The notes under the pieces were generated by a model, which saw only the letters and a list, made by a program, of their open reading frames with translations, did not search any database and was not told where the DNA came from. This document shows, in pieces, positions 50,291 to 62,075 of a stretch of DNA of 64,000 bases; the first letter of the stretch is position 1, and every line of letters starts with the position of its first letter. Origin of the DNA: Squalus acanthias (lineage: Eukaryota); NCBI GenBank assembly GCA_030390025.1, contig CM059432.1:150042001-150106000 (forward strand), in the 5' to 3' direction. Made by a program: the position numbers and the translations under genes.

Positions 50291-50860
50291 TTTGTATTTT
50301 TAAATGATAAATCAGTGACCATTTTTTAAAAAACTTTTTTGCACTCTTATCCTGGTAAAAGCAGGGCTTATGTAAATGTTTTCTGCGGGCGGAGGGTCTC
50401 CAAAAAGCGGAACTCTCCGCCCGCGGGGGCCCTTCTCCAGCGCAGCCGGAGGATCTGTCAAGATCATTCTTGACAGATCGGAAATGCCGGTTTCCAGCGC
50501 ATGCACAGTGCATGCCTGAAACCGGCATTTCTGATGTCCCTACACAGCGCATACACACCCGTAGGGATCGGAATATCTGGGCCAATATTATCCAGAGGCA
50601 GGTACAGGTAAGGGCTGTCAGAGACTTTAACACCAACTGATATTAACTGCCAGCTGCCTGTGTGTGCCTTCTGTGTGGTCCACTTATCTGCTAAAGCACA
50701 GGCCATTCTACTCCCAATAGTTCTCTGAATTCCTATCTCATGGTTCTCTGGATTCAATGAAGTTGAAGCTGGTCTTTAACGAATCATGAATAATGGATCC
50801 CAGTACCTCTACAGCTGTAGTGCGAGCCTTCCAGAGAGATCCTACAAATGTATTCACTGC

Positions 50861-52385
50861 TGTAATACTGTCACGGTAAACTTGACTCAATCTCCATTTG
50901 CAATAAAAGTTTACCTAATTTTACCATCATGCTTCGCGAGGACAAAGACTGGTTGCTGTGAGAACTTTTCAAACTAAACTGTTTGACTCGTAAGCTGTTA
51001 AAGATGCCAATTGTCTTTCAACAGATATGGAAAACAAGTTTATTGAAGTTCTGTGGGAACAGATTATTGACTGTGAAATCAGTGCAATAACAGCAAATGG
51101 TACGCTGGCCTTCATTACAAGAGGATTTGAGTACAGGAGTAAAGAAGTCTTACTCCAATTATACAGGGCCCTGGTGAGACCACACCTGGAGTACTGTGTA
51201 CAATTTTGGTCTCCTTACCTAAGGAAGGATATACTTGCCATAGAGGGAGTGCAACAAAGGTTCACGAGATTGATTCCTGGGATGACGGGACTGTCGTATG
51301 AGAAGAGATTGAGTAAACTAGGCCTGTATTCTCTTGAATTCAGAAGAATGAGAGGGGATCTCATTGAAGCATACAAAATTATTACAGGGCTTGATAGGGT
51401 GGATGCTGGGAGAATGTTTCCCTTGGCTGGGGAGTCTAGAACCAGGGGCCACAGCCTCAAGATAAAGGGTAGGCCATTCAGGACTGAGATGAGAAGAAAT
51501 TTCTTCACACAGAGGGTGGTGAATCTTTGGAATTCTCTACCCCAGAGGGCTGTGGAGACTCAGTCATTGGGTATATTCAAAACAGAAGTCGATAGATTTC
51601 TGACTAGTAAGGACATCAAGGGATATAGCGATAAGGCTGGTGAATGGAGTTGAGGCAGATGATCAGCCATGATCTCATTGAATGGCGGAGCAGGCTCGAA
51701 GGGCCAAATGGCCGACTCTTGCTCCTATTTCGTATGTTCTTATGTAACATCTTCAGACTATGGAATGGACCTGGCCTTGACGGCCCACAGTTGCCTAACG
51801 GACTAGTGATAAGAGGCTCTGGGAAACAGCTGCCGACCATTATGCCGTATAGTTGGGGACACGGACGCAGTGGGAGGGTCGCCAAATTTTGTGGTATAAA
51901 AGGTGCTGTTTCAAAACACTCGGAGCTGCGGTGGGGGCTATAGACGATGGTGACCTGGTCAGTTGCCAGTTAAAGTTAGTCTACGTCTGTCATCGTTGAA
52001 TTGACCTCTTATCTGGTGAATAGTAACGTATGTGGTTTTGCTGATAATCACCTGAGCTTAAAGTCAATGATTTTCGATGTTTGCTTGTGGTAAGTACATG
52101 AATTGAGCACAGTTTGTATTCTGGTAATTACTTGTAACCTCTTGTTGATTTTTAAGTAAGAGAAGTTTCACAGATTCGTTGGGTTTTGTGTTGTCTGTTC
52201 CACGGGTCTGAACTCTATAAACTGTCAGACAGTCAGAACGTCCTACACGGCCTGAAGTCTCCTTTGCAGCTAACACTGATGCTGCATGCTGTTCAATGGA
52301 CAACTGTAAACCAACCGTTTGCATCATGTTCTGTGTGAGTGATGGACCCTTTCATGCTCCGATAGTATCTGTCATCATATAACTG
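50861..52385 (+). mobile_element. Possible LTR-like element split by CR1
   Basis: CpG-rich unique segment with GGTATAAAAG near 51895; ends and TSD not convincingly found. Confidence 0.3.
51092..51745 (+). mobile_element. CR1/HER1 3' fragment, very similar to 20555-21207
   Basis: ORF 51027..51653 from ANGTLAFITRGFEYRSKE; 3' stem-loop. Confidence 0.95.
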
Positions 52386-52535
52386 GCTTGGAATCATAGA
52401 ATCATAGAATGACACAGCACAGAAGGAGGCCATTCAACCCATCATGCCTGTGCCGGCTCTTTGAACGAGCTCTCCAATTACTCCCACTCCCCCTGCTCTT
52501 TCCCCATAACCCTGCAATTTTTTCCACTTCAAGTA

Positions 52536-52764
52536 TGACGTAAGAAAACTACTAGGCACTTGGTCTAAGCGTTAAACAAAGCTTTAATTAACTGTTTTAC
52601 AACATGGAGGTCTAGTTGTGTCCTTCACTAGTTCCTGTTAAGAATGTCCTGCGCAAGCTGGGCCCGTGCCCGAGTATTTATACTCTCCCTGGACAGCGCC
52701 ACCCGCAGGCCACTCAGTATTATTTCAGAAGTCTTTCTTTCATGAATGACAGATTCATGTCATT
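52536..52764 (-). mobile_element. 229-bp solo-LTR-like element with 3-bp TSD (copy 1)
   Basis: GTA|TGACG...TGTCATT|GTA; TATAAATA on the minus strand. Confidence 0.8.
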
Positions 52765-53218
52765 GTATATATCCAATTCCCTTTCAAAAGTTATTATTGA
52801 ATTTCTACCACCACCCTTTCAAGCAGCGTATTCCAGATCAGATCGCTGCGTAATTTTTTTTCCTCATGTCACCTCTGCTTCTTTGGCCATTTACCTTAAT
52901 TGTCCTCTGGTTACCCTATTTACTCTATCAAAACCCTTCATGATTTTGAACATTTATATCAACTCTCCCCTTAACCTTCTCTGCTCTAAGGAGAACAAAC
53001 CCAGTTTCTCCAGTCTCCCCACATAATTGAAGTCTTTCATATCTGGCACCATTCTAGTAAATCTCTTCAACCTCTCTAAGGTCTTGCCATCCTTCCTAAA
53101 ATGTGGTGCCCAGACTTGTCCACAATACTCCAGCTGGGGTCTAAACAGTGTTTTATAAAGGTTTAGCATAACGTCCTTCCTTTTGTACTCTCTGCCTCTA
53201 TTTATAAAGCCCAGGATC

Positions 53219-54235
53219 TGCAGCCAGTTCTGCAACAAGAACGCACTTAACTTAAAGTAAACCGACATTAAAGGGTTAAGCGACTGTACTGTACAGGCAG
53301 CTTTGTAAATTGACCAATCATAAGAAAGTTAACAAGCTTCGTATCCCAGCATGCCTCGAGGAACCAACGGGACTTTTAAATGAACTTTTAAAACAAGCTG
53401 TGAGCTGAACGGAATGCAGGAGGACATTATTCACACAGAGACACAGACACCATTGATTGACTTTAGGAATATGCTAATCAAGGAAGTAGCTGGAGTGATC
53501 AGGCCACACAGTGACATGTGTTTGTTTGAATTTAACTGACTGTCCTGTCCATTGAACTCCTGTGGTCAGGCTGTTCACAAGACTTACAAATCAATGCGAC
53601 AGGTAGACAGGTAACGACCATGGTTCCACCGAGTCTGGATCAGTTTTCTCATCCTTTGGAGATGTTAATATCAAAATTGTTGCTGGAGTAAAACCCATTC
53701 ACCAACCTTTCAGACTGCTGATAAGCCCAGAACTTTTCCCCATCAAAACACCTTTGTGTGATAATGGACTATTCACTGACCCAGGATGGAGAAGTGATCA
53801 AATCAAGTGCTCTATAGATTTGCAGAAACAGACAAGATTAAGATGGGACAATCAAAGGGGGGGCGGGATTGCGTCAATCAATTGTCACGGGTATGTTTGT
53901 ATTATAAAAATGGTGCGTTTAGGGACAAACTTGGGCAACTTGCAAGGGAACTGCGGACGGATTTGATCACCCGTACAGATGGAAACATACTCCTCCAAGT
54001 GATGTTTGAAATTAAAGAGAGTTAAAGGAAACAGTGTGTGTGAGCACTGTCTGAAATTAAAGGGAACAATGCATTGATGTTTGTATGTTATCCGTAGTAC
54101 AATAAACAGTTAAAAGAATATGAGTTGTACTGAGTACTGAGTCGTGAGCCTTGACCATTTTACCCACCCGGACGGGTTCAGGTCGGATTCTGGAATGAGA
54201 GTATAAGAGGGACGGTGCGGGTTCACCTCCCTACA
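53219..54235 (+). mobile_element. Solo LTR, 1017 bp, 4-bp TSD
   Basis: GATC|TGCAG...CTACA|GATC; TATAAAA 53903-53909; AATAAA 54101-54106; splits a CR1. Confidence 0.9.
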
Positions 54236-55029
54236 GATCACGTATGCTTTGTTAACAGCCATCTCAACTTGTCCTGCCACCTGAAAAGACTTGTATACGT
54301 TCACCCCCAGGTCCCTCTGTTGCTGCACCCCATTTAAGATTGTACCATTTAGTTCATATTGCCTCTCTTCATTCTTCCTACCAAAATGAATCACTTCACA
54401 ATTCACTGTGTTAAATGTAATCTGCCGTGCGTCTGCCCATTTCACCAGTCTGTCTGTGTCCTCCTGAAGTCTGTTACTGTCCTGCTCACTGTTTACTACA
54501 TTTCCGAGTTTCGTGTCATTTGCAGACTTTGAAATTATGCCCTGTATACCCAAGTCCAGGTCATTATTATATATCAAAAAGCGCAGTGGTCCCAACACTA
54601 ACCCCTGGGGGACACCACTGCACACTTCCGTCCAGTCTGAAAAACAACCGCTCATCATTACTCTCTACTTTCTGTCCTTTAGCCAATTACATATCCAAAC
54701 AGTCACGGCCCCTTTAATCCCATGGGCTTCAATTTTGCTAACAAGTCTATTATGTGATTCTTTATCAAACAGCTTTTGAAAGTCCGTATATACAACACCA
54801 ACCGCACTGCCCTCATCAGCCCTCTCCGATACTTCAGCTTCGACAGGTCTGAATCACAAAGTGACTCAGTAGGGACGATGACAATGCTATAAATTCACTC
54901 TTCATCTCTTACCTCTGTCCGTTTCTCACACTCATGTGAAATGCACCCTGTGCTTCTTCCAGTATATTAGGGAAAACTTTCAAAATATATCTCGGGGGGT
55001 AGATGCCTGTTTAAAGCATTTTAATTTGT

Positions 55030-55200
55030 TCTTGGGAAACGGGCAACACTGGCAAGGCAGTATTTATTGCCCATTCCTCACAGTGTGCAACTGGAGTCAC
55101 ATGTAGGCCAGACCAGGTATGGGAGGCAGATTCCCTACCCTTGAAGGCAATTACCAAACCGGTTGGATTTCAATGACTATCTGGCAACTTTCGTGCTCAT
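55030..55200 (-). mobile_element. SINE fragment
   Basis: Reverse complement of the 60310-60470 segment (GGTCTGGCCTA..GTGACTCCAG..GGGCAATAAAT). Confidence 0.65.
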
Positions 55201-55549
55201 TTTCTGGTGTTGGCCCACAATTTACCAGATTGTTTGAATTCTTGCCAAGTGGTATTTTAACTCCTGGCCTAAAAATTGGTTCATGCTGCGTGTGTTATAC
55301 AGACGTAAAACAGGAAAGCAGCCACCTAAGCGTCCATTTTGGCACAGGCATAAAAAGAGACGTCCAGGGCCTGCACCTGAAACAGGAGTTGGGCCCTTTG
55401 CATATGTAAATAAGGGGCCTAACGCCTGTTTGAGACCCCCCTTTGTAAAATTCATCTGCACTGAACAGCTCCACCCCAGTGCCGAAGACCATTGCCAGCT
55501 CCCTCTCAGCCCCCTCCCAATCGCACCCCGCCTTCCCTCTCAGCCCCGT

Positions 55550-57320
55550 CCCAATCACACGCCACCCTCCCTATCGCAATCCCCCCATCCCAATCACACC
55601 CCGCCATCCCTATCGCAATCCCCCCTCCCCAATCACACCCCGCCCTCCCTATCGCAATCCCCCCTCCCCAATCACACCCCGCCTTCCCTATCGCAATCCC
55701 CTCTCCCCATCACACTCCGCCCTCCCTATCGCAATCCCCCCTCCCCAATCACACCCTGCCTTCCCTATCGCAATCCCCTCTCCCCATCACACTCCGCCCT
55801 CCCTATCGCAATCCCCCCTCCCCAATCACACCCCGCCCTCCCTATCGCAATCCCCCCTCCCCACTCACACCCCGCCCTCCCTATCGCAATCCCCCCTCCC
55901 CAATCACACCCCGCCTTCCCTATCGCAATCCCCCCATCCCTAATCACACCCCGCCCTCCCTATCGCAATCCCCCTCCCCAATCACACCCCGCCTTCCCGA
56001 TCGCAATCCCCCCATCCCCAATCACACTCCGCCTTCCCTATCGCAATCCCCCCATCCCCAATCACACCCCGCCCTCCCTATCGCAATCCCCCCTCCCCAA
56101 TCACACTCCGCCTTCCCTATTGCAATCCCCCCTCCCCAATCACACTCCGCCTTCCCTATCGCAATCCCCCCTCCCCAATCACACCCCGCCCTCCCTATCG
56201 CAATCCCCCCTCCCCACTCACACCCCGCCCTCCCTATCGCAATCCCCCCTCCCCAATCACACCCCGCCTTCCCTATCGCAATCCCCCCTCCCCACTCACA
56301 CCCCGCCCTCCCTATCGCAATCCCCCCATCCCCAATCACACTCCGCCTTCCCTATCGCAATCCCCCCATCCCCAATCACACCCCGCCCTCCCTATCGCAA
56401 TCCCCCCTCCCCAATCACACCCCGCCCTCCCTATCGCAATCCCCCCATCCCCAATCACACCCCGCCCTCCCTATCGCAATCCCCCCTCCCCAATCACACT
56501 CCGCCTTCCCTATTGCAATCCCCCCTCCCCAATCACACTCCGCCTTCCCTATTGCAATCCCCCCTCCCCAATCACACCCCGCCCTCCCTATCGCAATCCC
56601 CCCTCCCCACTCACACCCCGCCTTCCCTATCGCAATCCCCCCTCCCCACTCACACCCCACCCTCCCTATCGCAATCCCCCCTCCCCAATCACACCCCGCC
56701 CTCCCTATCGCAATCCCCCCTCCCCAATCACACCCCGCCCTCCCTATCGCAATCCCCCCTCCCCAATCGCAATCCCCCCTCCCCAATCACACCCCGCCTT
56801 CCCTATCGCAATCCCCCCTCCCCAATCACACCCCACCTTCCCTATCACAACCCCCCTCCCCAATCGCAATCCCCCCTCCCCAATCACACCCCGCCTTCCC
56901 TATCGCAATCCCCCCTCCCCACTCACACCCCGCCCTCCCTATCGCAATCCCCCCTCCCCACTCACACCCCGCCTTCCCTATCGCAATCCCCCCTCCCAAT
57001 CACACTCCGCCTTCCCTATCGCAATCCCCCCTCCCAATCACACTCCGCCTTCCCTATCGCAATCCCCCCTCCCAATCACACTCCGCCTTCCCTATCGCAA
57101 TCCCCTCTCCCCAATCACACTCCACCTTCCCTATCGCAATCCCCCCTCCCCAATCACACCCCGCCTTCCCTATCGCAATCCCCCCTCCCCAATCACACCC
57201 CGCCCTCCCTATCACAATCCCCCCTCCCCACTCACACCCCGCCCTCCCTATCGCAATCCCCCCTCCCCAATCACACCCCGCCCTCCCTATCGCAATCCCC
57301 CCTCCCCAATCACACCCTCC
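55550..57320. repeat. Minisatellite, ~39-bp unit (CCCAATCACACCCCGCCCTCCCTATCGCAATCCCCCCTC)
   Basis: Directly visible ~1.8-kb C-rich array. Confidence 0.97.
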
Positions 57321-57929
57321 CTCCTGATCACTTTTCCCCCCTCCCAATTCCCCCCCACACCTCTCGATTGCCCCTCTATCACCCAATTGCATTACCCCTC
57401 CCGATTACCTCCCCCCCACCCCCCTCCCAGGACTTCGCTCAGGACTGCTGTCAGTGACGTGATGGCCCAATGCAGATTTACCAGCGAGCTAGCTTGGGAG
57501 GCCCAGCATGGAGCGGAATACTGAAAATAAAATCCAAAAATGGAGGAATATCCATTAAAACCAACTAATAAAGGGACCAAAATGCAGAGAGCAAAAATAA
57601 ATCAGTAACCTGCCCTCTCCCTTTAAGAAGCTTTCATTACCAGGCCAGGTCCTGGCACTTCAGCCTGTGCAGATTTTATGGGTAAGACTTGCACTGCAAG
57701 TGGAGCCTTTCCCACATATAGATAAGGCTGGGCATCCCAATAGCCCAGTTTCACTACCTGCCTCCAAATCGCCTGCTGAAAAATCGAACGGCCCATGAAT
57801 CGCTCATTTGAGGTTGAACACTCGATTATTTTTATCCACAACCGGAGTCAGCAAGACCCCAGCGGCTTGAAGCTTTCCAAAATTGGGGCAATACCAGAGC
57901 TTTCATCTTTCCAAAATATTAACATTTCT

Positions 57930-59130
57930 TTTGATTTCACTGATCTACATTGGCTCCCAGTCTCCCAGCGCCTCTTATCCTTGTATTTAAATCCCTCCAA
58001 GAGCTTTGCCCTCTCCACCTCCGAGCCTCCTAAAGTCCTACAAACATTCTCCCCCGACTCCAGACTCTTGTCCACTCCCTTTGCCCCACCATTAGTTGTG
58101 CCATCAGCCAATTACATGCCATGCTCTGGAATTCTCTCCCTAAATTATTCCACCTCCCATCTCCTTAAAAAGCACCTCTTTAACAAAGCTTTTGGTCACC
58201 CCTCCGAATTCCTGTTACTCTGGCTCTGTTTTCTTCACGCCTCTATGAAGTGTCTACATTAAGTGCTTCTCTATCACAAAGGTCGCTCACTTCCACCTCT
58301 GTAACATTGACCATCTCCGCATCGCCTCAGCTCATCTGCTGCTGGAACCCTCATCCGTGCCTTTATTACCTCTAGACTCGGCTATTCCAAAGCTTTCCTG
58401 GCCGGCCTCTGACCTTCCACCCTGACATAAGAGAACTACTAGGCACTTGGTCTAAGCGTTAAACAAAGCTTTAATCAACTGTTTTTCAACATGGAGGTCT
58501 AGTTGTCCTTCACTAGTTCCTGTTAAAGAATGTCCTGAGCAAGCTGGGCCCGTGCCCGAGTATTTATACTCTCCCTGGACAGCGCCACCAGCAGGCCGCC
58601 CAGTGTTATTTCATAAGTCATTTCCACATGAATGACAAGATTCATGTCATTCCCCCTGTAAACTTGAGCTCATCCAAAACTCTGCTGCCCGTACCCTGAC
58701 TCGCACCGAGTCCCGTTCACCCATCACCCCTGCGCTCACGGAGCGACATTGGCTCCCGGTCTGGCAACGCTTCAATTTAAAATTCTCATCTTGTTTCCAA
58801 ATCAGTCCATGGCTTTGCCCCTCTCTATCTCTGTAACCTCCTCCAGCCCTACAACCCTCCAAGATCTCTGCGCTCCTCCAAATGTGGTCTCTTGAGCATT
58901 ACGATTTTCATCACTCCACTATTGGTGGCCGTGCCTTCAGCTGCCTGGGCTCTAAGCTCTGGAATTCCCTCCCTAAACCTTTCCGCCTCTCTACCTCGCT
59001 CACATCTTCGAAACCGCTCTTTATAACCTACCTCTTCGATCAAGCTTTTGGTCACCTGTCCTAATATATGGTTCAGTGTCAAATTTTGTTATAACTCTCC
59101 CTGGAAGTGCCTTGGAACGTTTTACTACTT
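57930..59130 (+). mobile_element. Two adjacent L2 3' fragments (57930-58260 and 58290-59130)
   Basis: CATTGGCTCCC, CTCTGGAATTC, GCTTTTGGTCACC motifs; STIGGRAFSCLGSKLWNSLP. Confidence 0.85.
58423..58651 (-). mobile_element. 229-bp solo-LTR-like element with 3-bp TSD (copy 2)
   Basis: CCC|TGACA...TGTCATT|CCC; closely similar to 52536-52764. Confidence 0.8.
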
Positions 59131-59250
59131 TTAATTCAGGTTGTTTTTGCTGTTGTTGATTAGAAGTAGTTTGTATCTCAATATCTTATCCTTCCCCCCA
59201 AAAAAACTACAAATTAAAAAAAACACTACAGTGCAATAACACGGGGGGTG

Positions 59251-60024
59251 GGGGGTAATTTTAACCCCCAAAAACCTATGAGTTTGGTTCAGGTGGGATG
59301 TTACAAAGCTAAAAATCTGAAACGGGAACCCAACCCGCCTCGAACCCGCCCACTTCTGATTTTAAAAGAGGCGGGATGAGGGACGGGTGACAAATCAGTT
59401 CTCAGGAGGCGGGTTGGCCATTTAAATATTTTAATGAGGCTGCGTGCCTTCATTTTAACTGTGATTCTATTTTTAACCAAAGGCGGGCGGGTTTCCCAGG
59501 CCTCTGGAAACCCGGCAGGTGAAAGGAGCTGAGAAGGGCTGCATCCAAGAGGTAAGTGCCTTTACAGCGCTGCTTGTGGGTCAGGAGGAGCAGGCGTGTT
59601 TCCTCCAGGCCCAACAAGCTACCCTGTAAAAACCCCCACCCCCACCGCGATCTGTCTGTTCCGGCCCCTCCCACCGCGATCGGACCCCCCCCCCCCGATC
59701 GCCATCTGCCCCCCATCCCACGATCGGACCCCCCCAGCCACCAACACCCCCCCACAATCTCTCCCACCTCCCCCCCCCCCACTAGATCTACCTGCTCGCC
59801 GCTCGGCTGCGGCCTTGTGCTGCAGGCTTTCCCGTCTGACACGCAGTCAGTCCCTCAATCACGGTGACTGTGGGCGGGAAACCTACAGAAAAAATTAAAA
59901 TACGTCCAGCAGTTAAAAACTGCAGAACGTTCGGGAAACCCGTACTGATGGATTCCCGTTTCCAACTTCACCCCCCCACTACCCCACCCCCCAGGAACGC
60001 GCCCCGGAGGTAAGATGAGGGCAC
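59251..60024. mobile_element. Harbinger-type MITE
   Basis: GGGGGTAATTTTAACC start; homologous to 42430-43315. Confidence 0.7.
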
Positions 60025-60219
60025 AGGGTAGCACTGATCATCTGATATCTATTAGTCCTGCAGGATGGCTAAGCCTTCAGAGGGCGAAGGGGGCGAACCA
60101 GAAGGCAAGGCATCCAGACCATTCAGAACACCTCTCTCCTGCCAGTAGAGTGGCAGAGGCCTAGAAAAAGGTGCTTTTTTTTGTTGCATGTAGCAGGTAC
60201 AGTACTGGTCCAGCAACCC

Positions 60220-60480
60220 ATAAGTTGTGAGTTCAAATCACACCACGGCAAGTTGTACAATTGAATTTTTTTTAAATCTGGTAATTAATGAAAGTAATCA
60301 TCGTAAAAACCCAACTGGGTCACTGATGCCCTTCAGGGGAAAAAACCTGCCACCCCTACAGGGTCTGGCCTAGAAGTGACTCCAGTCACATGTTATGTGT
60401 AGACTCTCAATGCCATTAGTACACCCAGGAATGGGCAATAAATCCTGCATTGCTATTATTGCCCACATCACAGGAACTAT
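60220..60480 (+). mobile_element. tRNA-derived SINE with LINE-related tail
   Basis: B-box-like GAGTTCAAATC; tail GGGCAATAAAT...GCCCACATC shared with 12650-12700. Confidence 0.65.
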
Positions 60481-61250
60481 TTTTTTTTAAAAGGAGGAAC
60501 TGAGAGAAAAATAATCAACCTAAATGAATTCAACTCTAAAAAAACACAGATGTCTGATCTAACACCAGCAATGATCTCGTACAACTTCCTCGACTTATTC
60601 CAATTAGTGTCTGCCGTCCAAGGGAGTCTTGAGTGCAGGCAGAACTGGTCCCAAGTAAATAATTAATCAGGTCTATTTTTTTGTAGAATAAATCAAAAGC
60701 GCCGATCTGCCACTTCAGTCATTGCCTGGGCGACTGCGCACTGGCACCACGACTACTGCAAGACGTGGCAAATTGGTCTGACTTCTGTTTGTTGCCACTC
60801 CTGCTAATTAGCATGAAAATGTCAGGAAAGGAATAGCTCCTCGGAGGCTGTGACAAGCTGTCAGTTTGGCATGAAGCAATCTGAATCCTCCAATTAGACT
60901 AGCGAGCAGCTATGGCGAAACAAAAGTCCTGCACAGTAATCATCAGCAAAATCAACTGCCCCACTTGTCCAATATTGTTTTGGCATCAATCCCGGATATT
61001 ATTTAAAATTAACCCTTTCGGTAGTGAATGTGCTTTCCACGTGAATTTTGTCATCTAACCACGAATTAATCGAACATTGTGGATCTGTCACAGAAGATTA
61101 TGTACGATTAAAGAAACTCGCAGGTGGTCAGAACATGATACTTAAGAACCGTTCTGGTTTTCAAAGGGCTAATGAGGACTGATGTACCTACAGGAAATTT
61201 AATGCTTCCATTTTCTTAACATGTTTTGCCTCGCATAGCACTGAGATGGT

Positions 61251-62075
61251 GGGCGCGATCTTGCCAGCTCTGGGGAGGCGGGACTGCCGAGAAAATGGCA
61301 AAATCTGGGGGCGGGTGCCCAACCCGCCTCCATGCCATCTTCCCAGGAGGCAGGTAGCCGTCCCGCACCGGGTCCCATCTCCTTGGAGGCGGGAAGGGAT
61401 TATAGTGCCATTTATCTGCCTGTTAACAGGCAGTTAACAGGCAGATAAGAGGATTATCCCCATTTTTCCCACACAAGTGCGGGCTTCCCGAAGGCTGCGA
61501 ACCTCGCCAGGGTCACCGAGGCGAGTAGTGGGTCTGCGGGGGTCGGAGGGGTGCAAAAGTGCGCTGTGGAGGTAAGTGATGGGTGCAGGTGTGGAGAGGT
61601 GAGTATGCGAGGTAAGTGGAAAGTGTTAGAAAAAGTGTACTTTCCTTTGTTTCTTCCTGCAGGCTTCAAGAGTTGGGGATGCGGAGAGTCTCGCACCTCC
61701 GCGGCAGAGATGACAGATGGCCGCTGCATTCTCCAATGCAACAACCATCTAATTTCTGCTGAAGAAAGAGGTTTGATGAGTCTTGAATTCAAGAACTCAT
61801 CAAAGTACAGAGAATGTCAGTGTTTGATAAGCTTCACAGAGCTGTCAAACAATGACAATTCATCTGTCAAAAATTTTTGACAGATGAAACGTCATACGCT
61901 GATGTTCTCTGCAACCGGCTTTCCCTCAATTGGCCTTCTAAGCCCGCTGGGCGGGCTTAACAAGGTCAATCAAGGGAAAATAGCGTGGGTTGGCCAGAAG
62001 TTGATGGAGACGGGACTAAAACCCGACAAACAGCAGTCCCGCCTCCAACGCGCCCCCATTGGCAAAATCGCCCCC
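61251..62075. mobile_element. Harbinger-type MITE with an internal palindrome cluster
   Basis: GGGCGCGATCTTGCC / GGCAAAATCGCCCCC. Confidence 0.75.

Larger units (their letters stand above)
48213..50584. mobile_element. TIR-bounded non-autonomous DNA transposon hosting two nested MITEs
   Basis: TGGCCCATATTTTCCGATC / GATCGGAATATCTGGGCCA; ATAT on both flanks. Confidence 0.75.
52393..54830 (-). mobile_element. Old CR1 LINE interrupted by two LTR-like insertions
   Basis: ORF remnants 52954..53268 and 54110..54658 (GVPQGLVLGP, SANDTKLG); (ATTCTATG)n tail. Confidence 0.9.

Noticed and set aside
55283..57457. 724-aa and 611-aa proline-rich (extensin/mucin-like) ORFs
   Set aside because: Translation of the 39-bp C-rich minisatellite; indels shift frames
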